DNA of 64,000 nt, from positions 1 to 64,000 of the forward strand of contig CAWJZV010000006.1 of assembly GCA_963847445.1 (NCBI GenBank), read 5' to 3'. The DNA comes from an uncultured delta proteobacterium. Lineage in GTDB: Bacteria > Desulfobacterota > Binatia > UBA9968. The translations under genes were made by a program, and so were the position numbers. Positions 48,817 to 59,708 of the stretch are shown piece by piece; position 1 is the stretch's first letter; each line of letters starts with the position of its first letter. The notes under the pieces are model-generated. The model saw only the letters and a program-made list of their open reading frames with translations, had not been told where the DNA came from and searched no databases.

Positions 48817-49048
48817 GTCGGTCAAAGCGCAATCTCCCCGACGCGGCGAAGCCGCAATCCAAGCAGCTAAGGCGACAGGCAAAGCGCGCCAATCCAATCG
48901 GACTGGTAGGGCGGTGTTGAAATCCGCCCTGACCGCCAGTCGCCGCCCGGCGGGCGGGTTGGCGCGGTTGGCGACGCTTTTCCGTTATGCTAGTCTGCGG
49001 CAGTTTTCACTTCCGATGATTCGCCAATCCGGCCTTAGGCAGGAGAGC

Positions 49049-49759
49049 ATGGTCTGGAACAGAATTAGCATTGTGAAATTGTCGTTCGGTTTGATTGTCG
49101 CTAGCACTGCGATGATGTCCTGTTACCTGACGCCGAAAATTCCGATCGTTGCCGATGAGCAAGTCGAGAGGATGGTTAACGACGAAGCCGGTCGGATCCT
49201 CAACGCGGCCGATCCGCGCGCCGAGTTTTCCCGTTATAGTTTTCAGCTTTCGGCGTTTCCGCGGCAGGATCTGCTCGGTGTAAGCATTGGCCGCGGGCGG
49301 ATCTATATCAGTTATCAGCTCGCGCAGCTGGCGCTCAAAAAATCCTATTATCGCTGGTTGCTGCGGCAGACCCTGGCCCATGAAATCGCCCACGAGCTTG
49401 CCGGACATGCGAACCAGCGCGGCGCCGTCGCTAACAACCCGTCATTACAAGCGGGGGTCACGGCACGCCATCTCGGGCTCGATGGGCTGGTGCAATTCCA
49501 AAACTATTCCGTCGAAAAAGAGTTGCAAGCGGACTTTTACGCAATGAGTTATTGGGCCACGCTTGGCTGGGATTGCGCCATCTGGGTCAATATTCTGCGC
49601 GGCTTTCAAAAGCAGAATTATGCCGGAGATGCTTTCCACCCGACCGATCGCCGCCTGGAGCAGGCGTCAATCAAACTGTCCCGCGATCCGCCCGCCGCCC
49701 ACGCTTCCGCCTGCCTAGACTGCGGGCTTGGCTTAATCTCTCACGAACATACTTGGTGA
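49049..49759 (+). CDS. M48-family metallopeptidase-like lipoprotein
   Basis: LAHEIAHE HExxH, YS..KELQAD, FHP...R; AGGAG RBS. Confidence 0.75.
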   Translation: MVWNRISIVKLSFGLIVASTAMMSCYLTPKIPIVADEQVERMVNDEAGRILNAADPRAEFSRYSFQLSAFPRQDLLGVSIGRGRIYISYQLAQLALKKSYYRWLLRQTLAHEIAHELAGHANQRGAVANNPSLQAGVTARHLGLDGLVQFQNYSVEKELQADFYAMSYWATLGWDCAIWVNILRGFQKQNYAGDAFHPTDRRLEQASIKLSRDPPAAHASACLDCGLGLISHEHTW

Positions 49760-50015
49760 CGCGCTCAAATTGCTGAACAGAGAAGCGGTCTCAGCTTGGA
49801 TTCGCTCGCCTAAAGTCAGTGGAATTTTCACCCGCGGTCGCTTGCCAGGTTTTCGAATTGCCAATCTGCATACGCTGTGGCTCTTGCGACCAATGTCTTG
49901 CTCCCTTATTGATTGTCGAAAGGGAGCGGAATTTTTTGTTGCGAAACTGAATGATTTTAACTTTGGCCCTGTCAAAATATCGGACAGCGCAGCAATCCCG
50001 CGCTATTATTTAGTG

Positions 50016-51431
50016 ATGGCAGGTCGTTATGACGCGGTGGTGATTGGCGCCGGACCGAACGGCTTGGCGGCGGCGATCACGCTGGCGCAGGCGGGCCGGT
50101 CGGTGGTCATCTATGAGGCTGAAGCGATCCCCGGCGGCGGGGCGAGCTCGCGGGAGCTTACCTTGCCGGGTTACGTGCACGATGTCTGCTCGACGGTTTA
50201 CCCGCTGGCCATCGGCTCGCCGTTTTTTCGCACCCTGCCGCTTGAGCAGCATGGGCTTCAATGGATCCATCCGCCGGCGCCCCTGGCGCATCCGCTCGAC
50301 GATGGCACGGCGGTGATCGTCGAACGTTCGATCGATGCCACTGCGGCTAATCTCGCTGGCGACGCCGGCTGCTATCGCCGCTTGATGAATTATTTCTGCG
50401 CCCGCTGGGACGGATTGGCGGTGGACCTGTTGGGTCCGCCGCGACTGCCACACGGCCCATGTGCGCTGGCGCGCTTCGGCCTTCTTGGCATTCGTCCGGC
50501 GGCGAACTTTGCCCAGAGCTATTTCAAAGGGGTTCGGGCACGCGCGCTATTCGCCGGATTGGCGGCCCATTCCATGTTGCCGCTCGAGGCATTGGGCTCG
50601 GCGGCATTCGGCCTGGTCCTGGCGATTGCCGCCCATAGCGTCGGTTGGCCGGTGGCTCGCGGCGGCGCGCAAAGCTTGACCGCTGCTTTGACTTCTTACG
50701 CGCGCGCGCTGGGCGTGGCAATTATCACGCGCCGGCGCATTGTCGCGCTTAGCGAGTTGCCGAAAGCGCGCGCCGTGTTATGCGATGTGACGCCGCGGCA
50801 ACTTTTGGCGCTCGCCGGAAATGGCTTGCCGCACAGGTTTCAGCGCCGCTTGCGAAACTATCGCTACGGCATGGGCGTGTACAAAGTCGATTGGGCGCTC
50901 TCGGCGCCCGTGCCTTGGCGAGCCGCCGAGTGCGCGCGCGCAGCCACCGTCCACGTCGCCGGCACGCTGGAAGAAATTGCCCGGTCGGAACGCGCGGCGT
51001 GGCGCGGCGAACAGAGTGCCCGGCCCTTCGTTCTGATTGCGCAGCCCTCGCTCTTCGATGCGTCGCGCGCGCCGCCAGGCAAACACACGCTGTGGGGCTA
51101 CTGTCATGTGCCCCATGGCTCGAAGCAAAGCATGCTCGATAGCATTGAAAATCAGATCGAACGATTTGCGCCGGGGTTTCGCGATATAGTGCTGGCGCGG
51201 CACATGATGGGACCGGCGCTTCTCGAACAGCGCAATGCCAATCTGGTGGGCGGGGACATCAACGGCGGCTCTGCCGATCTGCGGCAGCTATTTTTGCGGC
51301 CGTCCTGGCGCATGTATGGGACGCCGGTAAGGGGTCTTTATCTGTGCTCGGCGTCGACGCCTCCCGGCGGCGGCGTGCACGGCATGTGCGGCTATTTTGC
51401 GGCGCGCCAGGCACTCAGCGAAATGGAATAA
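50016..51431 (+). CDS. phytoene dehydrogenase-like FAD-dependent oxidoreductase
   Basis: DAVVIGAGPNGLAAA, HDVCS, GGDINGG, LCSASTPPGGGVHGMCG. Confidence 0.92.
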   Translation: MAGRYDAVVIGAGPNGLAAAITLAQAGRSVVIYEAEAIPGGGASSRELTLPGYVHDVCSTVYPLAIGSPFFRTLPLEQHGLQWIHPPAPLAHPLDDGTAVIVERSIDATAANLAGDAGCYRRLMNYFCARWDGLAVDLLGPPRLPHGPCALARFGLLGIRPAANFAQSYFKGVRARALFAGLAAHSMLPLEALGSAAFGLVLAIAAHSVGWPVARGGAQSLTAALTSYARALGVAIITRRRIVALSELPKARAVLCDVTPRQLLALAGNGLPHRFQRRLRNYRYGMGVYKVDWALSAPVPWRAAECARAATVHVAGTLEEIARSERAAWRGEQSARPFVLIAQPSLFDASRAPPGKHTLWGYCHVPHGSKQSMLDSIENQIERFAPGFRDIVLARHMMGPALLEQRNANLVGGDINGGSADLRQLFLRPSWRMYGTPVRGLYLCSASTPPGGGVHGMCGYFAARQALSEME

Positions 51432-51645
51432 AGTCATTGGCTTAGCTGGCGCGATGACCCCAGCGAGACTTTGGTAAATCGTTGGCGCAAACCAGCGCGA
51501 CACGAGATCGGGTGATCGTGAGAGATGAAAAAAAGTCCGGTTATGTCGAACAAAAGGGGCACGATTTCGAGAATTTTTTCGCCCAGGATGGTGCCAATCC
51601 CGGCCACCGCACCGTTGCCAAGTCTCTGTGAATAGTTCGCTTTAA

Positions 51646-52062
51646 CTATTTTTTCAGCGCGCTAATCATTACTCCCCAGAGCACGGCGAGCACGCCGCAT
51701 GCCGCCAGTGTCAGACCGACAAATGGCAGCAAGAGCGTTATCGCCGCGCCAACCATAATCAATCCAATACCGGCGGCGAGTGGATTGAGCGGACGGCGCC
51801 GTGCGTCAGCTACGACTTCATCGTTTACGGATGCGGGATTCAGGCGCAGCCCCTGCTCGCGAAGCAGTGAATTTGCGCTTTGTGCGAGTTCTTCGCGGCT
51901 CTCAGGGTCAGAGTCTTGAATCAAACGGCCGATTTCGCCGGCTAGCCGCTCGATTTCCGCTTCGCGCAGCGATTGCGAAATCAGTTGCGCTTCAACCTTC
52001 GTTGGTAAAATCTCATCGGGCGAAGTTGAGGGTTCCATAACTAATTTGTGAGCAATGCTCAT
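51646..52062 (-). CDS. hypothetical membrane protein (two C-terminal TM segments)
   Basis: 138-aa ORF; helical soluble region then NPLAAGIGLIMVG...GVLAVLWGV. Confidence 0.65.
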   Translation of the reverse strand: MSIAHKLVMEPSTSPDEILPTKVEAQLISQSLREAEIERLAGEIGRLIQDSDPESREELAQSANSLLREQGLRLNPASVNDEVVADARRRPLNPLAAGIGLIMVGAAITLLLPFVGLTLAACGVLAVLWGVMISALKK

Positions 52063-52208
52063 GCCAGCGGGTGGCCGCGGTTGGTGGACGACTCGTGCCG
52101 ATGCGCCAAACTTACGGGTGGATTAAGTTTTGCGAAGAAGGTGGATTGAGTTTTGCGAAGGTTGTTGCGAAGGAACGGTGGTTTGAAAGAAATATCAAGG
52201 CAAGTGCT

Positions 52209-52427
52209 ATGATGAAAATGAAGAAAACATCCGCTGAAAATGCCGGACAAAATCGCGCGGCCGAGCCTCTGCTTATCGAGCTCAGCCCAGCAGCAAATAC
52301 CAATCTGAAAACGCTCCAGTTACTCTCTTTAGATCGCCAGGGGCGGCAACCGAGTCCGTCACAGATTATCGAGAAACTGATCAACGCTGCTGCGGTTAAC
52401 GGCCCTGATGCGCCTTATCCGGGGTGA
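52209..52427 (+). CDS. small hypothetical protein, possibly ribbon-helix-helix-like
   Basis: LLIELSPAANTNLKTL...SPSQIIEKLIN pattern; weak support. Confidence 0.35.
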   Translation: MMKMKKTSAENAGQNRAAEPLLIELSPAANTNLKTLQLLSLDRQGRQPSPSQIIEKLINAAAVNGPDAPYPG

Positions 52428-52486
52428 ACGGGAGATTCATGAAGCGCCCGTTCCGGTTATCTAACCCGCCGCCCCAGGGGTAATCT

Positions 52487-53756
52487 ATGCATCGGATCGT
52501 AACGATCGGCGGCGGCTTTGGCGGGCTTTGCGCCGCGCAGTCGCTGAAAAATTTACCCGTGCAGGTCACGCTGATAGATCGGCGCAATTTCCATCTTTTT
52601 CAGCCGCTACTTTACCAGGTTGCAACCGGGTGGTTGTCGCCCGCCAACATCGCGTCGACTCTGCGAGCGGTGCTGCGTTACCAAAAAAATGCGCAAGTTC
52701 TGCTGGCAGAGGTGACCGACATCGACGCGGAGCGGCGTAAAGTGATTTTTGCCGGCGGCGAGCTCGGTTACGATACGTTAATCGTTGCCACGGGATCAAG
52801 CCACGATTATTTCGGACATGACGATTGGAAGGAGGTTGCGCCCGGTCTTAAAACCATCGAAGACGCGACGGAGATGCGCCGACGGATATTTTCCGCGTTC
52901 GAATCCGCCGAGCGTGAGCACGATCCGGCGAAGCTTAGAGCCTGGCTTACTTTCATCATCGTCGGCGGTGGCCCGACTGGAGTCGAGCTCGCCGGGGCAT
53001 TGGCCGATATCGCTAACAAGACCTTAACCCATGACTTTCGTAGTATCGATCCCGCCGACGCGCAGATTCTTCTAGTCGAAGCGTCGGACCGCATCCTGTC
53101 GACTTATCCTGAGGATCTATCGAGCAAAGCGCAAAGTTTTTTAAACCATCTTGGCGTTTCAGTGCAAACTCGCACCGCGGTCGCAGCTATCCGTCCCGGT
53201 CAGGTCGCGGTCAGGCGCGGTAAGATCTATGAGACGATTCCATGTCAGACCGTGCTCTGGGCCGCCGGGGTGCGCGCCTCCCAGCTTGGCGCAGCGCTGG
53301 CGCGGCGCGGCGTTGCGACCCTGGATCGCAGCGGCAGAGTGATCGTTCAGGACGATTTTTCGCTTGCCGAACATCCGGAAATTTTTGTGATCGGCGATCT
53401 GGCCAACTATACGCCATCGCGGCGGCAAGCCATTGCCAGGCATCGCCCCGGTGGCGCAACAGGCGGGTCGCTATGTCGCCAAAGTCATTGGCTCCCGGCT
53501 TACGGGCAAAACCTTACCGCGATTTGAGTATCGCGAGCGAGGCAGCATGGCCATAGTCGGCCGGGCGACGGCAATCGCCGATTTGGCAGGATTCCATCTC
53601 GCCGGATTTACCGCATGGATCGCCTGGTTGTTCGTTCATCTGATGCAGCTGGTTGAATATCAAAACCGTGTGCTGGTACTGGTGCAATGGGGCTGGTTTT
53701 ATTTTCGCCGCAGCCGTGCCGCGCGGTTAATCACCGGCGATAAGTTTAAATCGTGA
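52487..53756 (+). CDS. ndh: type II NADH dehydrogenase family FAD oxidoreductase (one frameshift near 53415)
   Basis: IGGGFGGL, FQPLLYQVATG, GLKTIEDA, VGGGPTGVELAG, WAAGV, IGDLA, APVAQQ, WLFVHL. Confidence 0.93.
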
Positions 53757-54007
53757 CGCGGCAGGGCGAAATCAGCGCCGTAATAGTCACGCCTCTGTGA
53801 AGTTGCTGCGGCAAGTTTGATAAAAATGGACCATTCCATATAGTACGCCGCCATGCCTGCGGGTAGATAATTCGTCGCGGTACTAGCGTCTCGTTTTCGA
53901 TACACGCCCAAGCTTTTCGTATCGTTTTTGGGATAGCCCCACTGACCGCGGAATTTTGGAACCAATTAATCTTCGTTGATTATTCCTCTTCCAGCGACGA
54001 TTAGTGC

Positions 54008-54023
54008 TGGCATGTCGGTTGCA
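54008..54023 (+). promoter_or_regulatory. sigma54 promoter candidate
   Basis: TGGCAT-GTCGG-TTGCA upstream of ORF 54171. Confidence 0.65.
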
Positions 54024-54170
54024 GCCTTGTCGTTGCGCGCGATTTAAATTATCCGCCGTCAGCGGATTTCAACAACAATCGCATCGGCGGAAATTGGCGG
54101 AAAATTGTATCGTCGAGAATGCCGAAAAAATAATTAAAAAAGTCAAAAGGAGAATTAAGGAGATCTGAAC

Positions 54171-54491
54171 ATGGCGAATTTTGCTGCAAACGACCGCTTG
54201 AGCCTATGGTTGCAGGTGTTCAACAATAGCAAGGTCAATGGGGCGCCCTATTTGGGTGACGATTTGCCGGCGCACCGTTGGACATGGCCAACCGATACTT
54301 ACATGCGCCGCCGCTTGCGCAGTTTGCACGCCGATGGGGGCGACGAAACGACCACTCCTAATTTCGTTAACCGTCGAGACAATGTTTTGTTCAATAGTTT
54401 GGCGCGTGAAAGACCCGACCCACGAGCAGGCGACCCGAAAAAAGCTCGGAGACGACAAATTTTGCGCGATGCTGAAGCGATCGAGCCGTGA
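54171..54491 (+). CDS. hypothetical protein
   Basis: 106 aa; AAGGAG RBS; downstream of a sigma54 motif. Confidence 0.55.
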   Translation: MANFAANDRLSLWLQVFNNSKVNGAPYLGDDLPAHRWTWPTDTYMRRRLRSLHADGGDETTTPNFVNRRDNVLFNSLARERPDPRAGDPKKARRRQILRDAEAIEP

Positions 54492-54595
54492 AGCCACAGT
54501 CGTTGCAGCAAGCCGTGATTTTGCGCGCACCGCTAGCCAATTCTGAGCCTGGGATTGGAAGTTATAAAAGTATGGAATTGACGAGGAGGTAAACT

Positions 54596-54784
54596 ATGAT
54601 GCACCACGCGAATCGCGAATTACCGGCCGGCGACGGTCCAGCCATGCCGATTGGTTTGATCTGTTCTTCTTGCGGACTCGGTTTTACCTGCGAGAAGGAG
54701 CTGCGCGACCATCAATTGATTTGCCGCAGCAGCGGCGAGTTTCTCAACCAGTTCAACATCGAGATCGAAAGGTGTAACAACTGA
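54596..54784 (+). CDS. small zinc-finger-like protein (CxxC-x12-H-x3-C)
   Basis: LICSSCGLGFTCEKELRDHQLIC; GAGGAGG RBS. Confidence 0.6.
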   Translation: MMHHANRELPAGDGPAMPIGLICSSCGLGFTCEKELRDHQLICRSSGEFLNQFNIEIERCNN

Positions 54785-54909
54785 CAACGTTCCAGTGCAA
54801 AGAGCGCATCGTTGATCACATGATAACTAGGAAAATTGTGATTCAACCGGGCGAAACAGATTTTTTATTTCTCTTGCGGCGGCGATCCTGTCGTTGCCGA
54901 TAGGTATCG

Positions 54910-55746
54910 TTAAGAATACGCGGTGGTGATTTTCGCTTGGATCGGCAGGTGGTCGGAAGCGCTACGTGCCGGGGTGCGCCGGTGCACTCTGGTTTCGACT
55001 AGCGCTTGTCCGGGCCAAACCCAGATGCGGTCGAGCGCAAACAGCGGCATCCATGAAGGAAAAGTGCGCAATCTAGCGGATTTGCCAAAATGGCGCGCCA
55101 TGCTCCGGAGTGAACGGCCATAAGGGTGCCATTCGTTAAGGTCGCCCAGGACAACGACCATGTTATTGTCGCGACGTTTGGCAACCAGATTGCTGAGCAT
55201 GTTGGTCTGGCGCCGCCGTTCGCGGCCGCTGAGGCCCAAATGCGTCACGATGACGCGCACGATGGCGCCGCCGATGTTCAGGTCGACGTCGATGGCGCCA
55301 CGCGGTTCGCGCCGGGACACGCTCAAGTCGACGTTTCTCACCTCAAGAATCTTATAGCGTGTCAATAACACATTGCCAAAGTCGCTATCGCGACGGCGCA
55401 GCGTCGGGCCGGCGACCGCTTTAAAATCGGTCTCGCGCGTAAGATATCTAAGCTGAAAGATTTCATTCTCGCCGGTCTGGCTGTCGACTTCTTGCAAACC
55501 GATGATTCCAGCATCGAGGTTTTGCAGCACCTGCACGATGCGCCGGTCATCACGCCTACCGTCCGGGCCGACACCTTGATGGATGTTGTAGGAAGCCGCC
55601 GAAAAAATCAGCGGTGCTTGAGCAACGGTCGGATTCGAATTCGTCAAAAGTCTCTCTCTGAAAATCTTGTTGATAATATTTTTGACATTTCTCGGGCGCC
55701 GATTCAATGTGCAATCGCGCAGCACGGAACGCGATTTCATCCGCAA
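54910..55746 (-). CDS. endonuclease/exonuclease/phosphatase family protein (YbhP-like)
   Basis: SYNIH, GLQEVD, FGN..L, THLGL, LGDLNEW, LDRIW, ASDHLP; true start probably downstream of 55746. Confidence 0.92.
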   Translation of the reverse strand: MRMKSRSVLRDCTLNRRPRNVKNIINKIFRERLLTNSNPTVAQAPLIFSAASYNIHQGVGPDGRRDDRRIVQVLQNLDAGIIGLQEVDSQTGENEIFQLRYLTRETDFKAVAGPTLRRRDSDFGNVLLTRYKILEVRNVDLSVSRREPRGAIDVDLNIGGAIVRVIVTHLGLSGRERRRQTNMLSNLVAKRRDNNMVVVLGDLNEWHPYGRSLRSMARHFGKSARLRTFPSWMPLFALDRIWVWPGQALVETRVHRRTPARSASDHLPIQAKITTAYS

Positions 55747-55823
55747 ATCTGGGACGCTAACTTATTTAAACAGAGGCACGGGTTTTGGCCCAAACGCCGT
55801 CGGGAACTCGGCCAAGGGTATTT

Positions 55824-55839
55824 TGGCACGTCTGTTGCT
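55824..55839 (+). promoter_or_regulatory. sigma54 promoter, consensus match
   Basis: TGGCAC-GTCTG-TTGCT, 39 nt before ATG 55878. Confidence 0.72.
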
Positions 55840-55877
55840 GAACTTAATGCCGATAAAAGGAATCGTCGGCTCGACAT

Positions 55878-56190
55878 ATGAGTGAAAAAAGAAACATCCG
55901 GGTTGCCGCTGTCGGGGATTTGCATTGCACCAAAACCTCGCAGGGAAATTTGCAAGTATTGTTCCAGCAGATTTCTGAAAATGCAGATATTTTGCTGCTA
56001 TGCGGCGATTTGGTTGACTAAGGTCGACTCGAAGAGGGCCGATCAAAATTCCCATGCTGGCGGTTGCTGGGGAATCATGGGTATGAGTCTGGCCAGCAGT
56101 TGAGGGTCAACGTGTCTTAGTCAACGCTGTGGTGACTTATCCTCGAGCCTGGCTGGTGGCTCGAAGAGCTTTGGCGGCGATGCAGCAGGA
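55878..56190 (+). pseudogene. decayed calcineurin-like metallophosphoesterase
   Basis: MSEKRNIRVAAVGDLHCTKTSQGNLQVLFQQISENADILLLCGDLVD*(TAA 56019-21)GRLEE; later IKIPMLAV/LGNHGYESGQQ in shifting frames: DxH, GD and GNH motifs. Confidence 0.8.
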
Positions 56191-56515
56191 ATAAACCTCT
56201 GCGGGCCGTTCAATAGTTCAACCTCAATTTCATCGACAACTTTTTATCCTGGTGACAATTTACATTCAGCAAAAAACCAACCGAGCGCACTTCCGATCAG
56301 CGATGCGATGAGACGACTACTTAACGGTGCGCATAGGTTTAATTGTCATCATTGGACTGACGGCCCGGTGGGATACTATCGGCCAGCGTTCCACGCTGCT
56401 AGTGAACGGAGAAAGCAAACAAGGCAAGGCCTTGCGCCGTCAACCGGCGCGAACAGCGTCACAGTCACAGGCGTAACCGCTTGAACCCCATTTCGCTTAA
56501 ATGTAGAAGCGGCCA

Positions 56516-59338
56516 ATGAAACGATTGCTCGGCTATCAATTTCTACGCCAGCGCCTTGGCACCCTTTCGCTGCGCGCGCATCTGTTTGCGCTAGTAGTGG
56601 TGTCGATGGTGCCGTTTCTGCTATTTGCGTTGCTGGTGCTGAATCTTTTCGCGAGCCGGGAGAAAGCGTCGCTCGCGACCGGCTTGCGCGAAACGACGCG
56701 TGCGCTGTCCTCCGCCTTGGATCGCGAATTCGAAGCGACTAAAACGCCCCTCGAGTCGTTGGGCACTCTGGAGGATTTCGATAGCGGCGATCTCGGCCAG
56801 ATCCAACGCAAGCTGCGGCGCGTCTTACAGAGCCGTCCCACTTGGCGCACCATTGCGCTCCACGACCCGTCCGGCCAGCAGATTTTGCAGTTGGTCAATC
56901 CATTGGGTGAATCCCTGCCCGAGACCGACTTTGAGCAGGAGAGTTTCCGGGCCACGGTAACCACTAAACAGTCCATGCCGATCAATTTTCATCGCCATCC
57001 GACTGCCGGTCCCATGGTCGGATATCGCGTGCCGGTGCTGCGCGCCGGCGAATTGCGCTATGTGCTCTCGGTGGAAATTGCCCCGGCGGTGTACGGCGAA
57101 ATTCTTGCGCGCCAGAAATTGCCGGCCCAGGCCGTCGCGACCGTGGTCGATGGGCGCAATACTATCGTCGGCACGAGCGGGCGCCAGGAACTGGTCGGTC
57201 AGCGCGCGGGACCGCTGGTGCGCCGCGCTACGCCGGGCCAGCTCGAAGGCTGGTTCGAAGGGCCTGACCGAGACGGCGTGCCCTCCTACGCGGCAGTCAG
57301 CCGTTTGCCGACCAATGGCTGGGCGGTCGCACTGGCGATTCCCGCCGCACATCTCGAGGAGCCTCTAACGCGTTCTTTGGGATCCTTATTGGGTGCGGGG
57401 GCGGTCTTTCTAGTCGTTGGCATCCTGCTCGCCGTGATCGTCGAAGCGCGCATTAGCGAACCGCTCGATGAATTGACGCGCCAGGCCGGCGCGCTCGGGC
57501 GCGGCGAAACGGTGGTCATGGGCGGCCATTCTCGGGTGACTGAGGTGGAGAATCTCAGGCGTGATATCGGCCGAACGGCCGGACTGCTTGAGCAGCGCGG
57601 CCAGGAGCGCGACCGCGCGGCAGCGGCGTTGCGCGAATTAAACGACCGCTTGGAGCTGCGCATCGTGGAGCGCACCGAAGAATTGGAAGAAGCCAACAGC
57701 GAGCTCAGGAGAGAAATCCGCGAGCGTCAGCTAGCCGAAGCGGCGCTGCGCGCCGAGCATGTTTATTTAAATCTGCTGCGCAGCACCGAGCAGGTGATCC
57801 ATGAGGCGGCGAGTATAGAGGGCGCCTTGAACGCAGCCCTCGAGCAAATCTGCGGCCATTTGGGGTCGCCGGTTGGATACTGTGCGATGTTGGCTGTTTC
57901 CCAGCAGGAGCGACACACTTCGCTCTGGTATGGCGAAGCAGACCGGGAACGCTTTGCCGCACTGCAACTTGCGCTTGAGCTGGCCGCTGCCGACGGTAGT
58001 GACCCGGCCAGCCTGGCGGTATCGGGCCGTGGACCAAACTGCTTGAACGATCTAGCGGCGCAACCTGAGCCTTGGGCGCGCGCGGCGACCGATGCAGGAC
58101 TGGTATCGGCGTGCGTTTTTGCGGTGTTCGGCGGCGGCGAGCCGGCCGGCGCTCTGGCTATTTTTTTCGACCGCGCGATCGCTTTAGATCAGCGGCTGTC
58201 GGCGTTGTTAGCGCAGTTGGCCATGCAACTAGGCCGGGCCGTCGATCGCCAGCAGGCCGATGAGGCGCTGCGGCTAAGCGAAGAGCGCTTTCGTTCGGCC
58301 TTTGACGAAGGGCCGATCGGCATCGGCATGGTCGATCTCGAAATGCGCTATTTGCGCGTCAACCAAGTGCTTTGCGCGATGCTCGGATTGCGCGGCGAAG
58401 AATTATTGGGGCACGAGTTTTTCGCGAACGTGCATCCCAGGGATCTCAATGAAATTCGCCGCCATGCCGAACGATTACTGCGTGGAGAGACAACAAATTA
58501 TCGCCACGAAACCCGGCTGATCGGGAAAAACGGCGAAGTGCTTTGGTGTTTCATCACCGCCACTCTGATCGCGGTGCGCGGCTCCATGCCCAATTATGCT
58601 CTCTACTTGATCGAAAATATTACCGAGCGGAAACGCATCGAGGAAAAATTGCGCGAGAGTGAACGGCTTGTCGCGGTCGGCGCCACCGCGGCCATGTTTG
58701 CCCATGAAGTGGGGAATCCCCTCAACGGCATTTCCACCACCGTGCAGATGATCGAGCGCGATCTAGCGCGCATGCAAAACGGGGTTAAACCCTCGGTGTT
58801 CTCGGCCCTGGGCGATATCAAAAGCGAGATCACCCGTTTAGGCGCGCTACTCCATGAATTTCGCTATTTAGCACGGCCGCAGCGCTTAGAACAAAAACCG
58901 GTCCGCCTGGACAGTTTAATCGGCTCTGTGTTGATGCCGAATGCTTATAGCGAACGGGGTGTGGCGCTTGAAATCGATGTTCCCGACGATCTGCCGGCCA
59001 TCAGCGGTGACGAAGAGCGGCTCAAGCAGGTGGTGGTGAATCTTGCCGACAATGCCGTCGACGCTATGCCCGAAGGCGGCACGCTGACGGTGCGCGCTTA
59101 CCGCGACGGGAATGAACTTTGCCTGGAGCTCGCCGATACCGGCATTGGCATCCCGCCGGGCGTGAATATTTTTGAGCTATTCACCACGACCAAATCCCAT
59201 GGCACCGGGCTCGGCCTCGCCGTGGTGCGCCAAATCGTATCTGCTCACGGTGGCCGGGTCGATTATCGCACCGTACCCGGAACCGGCACGAGCTTTACCG
59301 TTAGGTTGCCGCTCAGCAATTTTGAAATTGCAAATTAA
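56516..59338 (+). CDS. membrane sensor histidine kinase (Cache-like, HAMP, GAF, PAS, NtrB-like kinase core)
   Basis: two TM segments, coiled coil, GAF, SEERFRSAF PAS, FAHEVGNPL, NLADNAVDAM, FTTK.HGTGLGL. Confidence 0.92.
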   Translation: MKRLLGYQFLRQRLGTLSLRAHLFALVVVSMVPFLLFALLVLNLFASREKASLATGLRETTRALSSALDREFEATKTPLESLGTLEDFDSGDLGQIQRKLRRVLQSRPTWRTIALHDPSGQQILQLVNPLGESLPETDFEQESFRATVTTKQSMPINFHRHPTAGPMVGYRVPVLRAGELRYVLSVEIAPAVYGEILARQKLPAQAVATVVDGRNTIVGTSGRQELVGQRAGPLVRRATPGQLEGWFEGPDRDGVPSYAAVSRLPTNGWAVALAIPAAHLEEPLTRSLGSLLGAGAVFLVVGILLAVIVEARISEPLDELTRQAGALGRGETVVMGGHSRVTEVENLRRDIGRTAGLLEQRGQERDRAAAALRELNDRLELRIVERTEELEEANSELRREIRERQLAEAALRAEHVYLNLLRSTEQVIHEAASIEGALNAALEQICGHLGSPVGYCAMLAVSQQERHTSLWYGEADRERFAALQLALELAAADGSDPASLAVSGRGPNCLNDLAAQPEPWARAATDAGLVSACVFAVFGGGEPAGALAIFFDRAIALDQRLSALLAQLAMQLGRAVDRQQADEALRLSEERFRSAFDEGPIGIGMVDLEMRYLRVNQVLCAMLGLRGEELLGHEFFANVHPRDLNEIRRHAERLLRGETTNYRHETRLIGKNGEVLWCFITATLIAVRGSMPNYALYLIENITERKRIEEKLRESERLVAVGATAAMFAHEVGNPLNGISTTVQMIERDLARMQNGVKPSVFSALGDIKSEITRLGALLHEFRYLARPQRLEQKPVRLDSLIGSVLMPNAYSERGVALEIDVPDDLPAISGDEERLKQVVVNLADNAVDAMPEGGTLTVRAYRDGNELCLELADTGIGIPPGVNIFELFTTTKSHGTGLGLAVVRQIVSAHGGRVDYRTVPGTGTSFTVRLPLSNFEIAN

Positions 59339-59708
59339 ATATTCAAACACAACATCGGATGGTCGTTAAAGAACGAGTTTATAAATTTATCCTTAAATTT
59401 GCTTTCCCAGCGACTCAACCGCCGCCTCCAAGCAGCCGCTCCAGACCAGGACAAAGTATTGCTTTGTCGACCTCTCACCGTAAAAACTATATCCCAAAAA
59501 TTGTCCCGGTTCCGATACATCAGCGAAAAGCCTGATTGCAAGTCCGGGACAGCAGTTGCCAGTTCATTGCAGCTCGTGTGAGTTTCGCGCTCTTGTGTCG
59601 GGAAAAAGCCTCGTGACGCGGGCTCGAGACCAGCGTCGGCGCGATGAATTCGCTGGTCCGGGTTTTGCTGTTTCACCTGAGACATTTTCCTCGCACATAG
59701 GAGTGATC

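Noticed and set aside
56206-56228. Two GTTCAA hexamers as a fifth array copy
   Set aside because: Only two units at 8-nt spacing, with no linker and no inverted arm.
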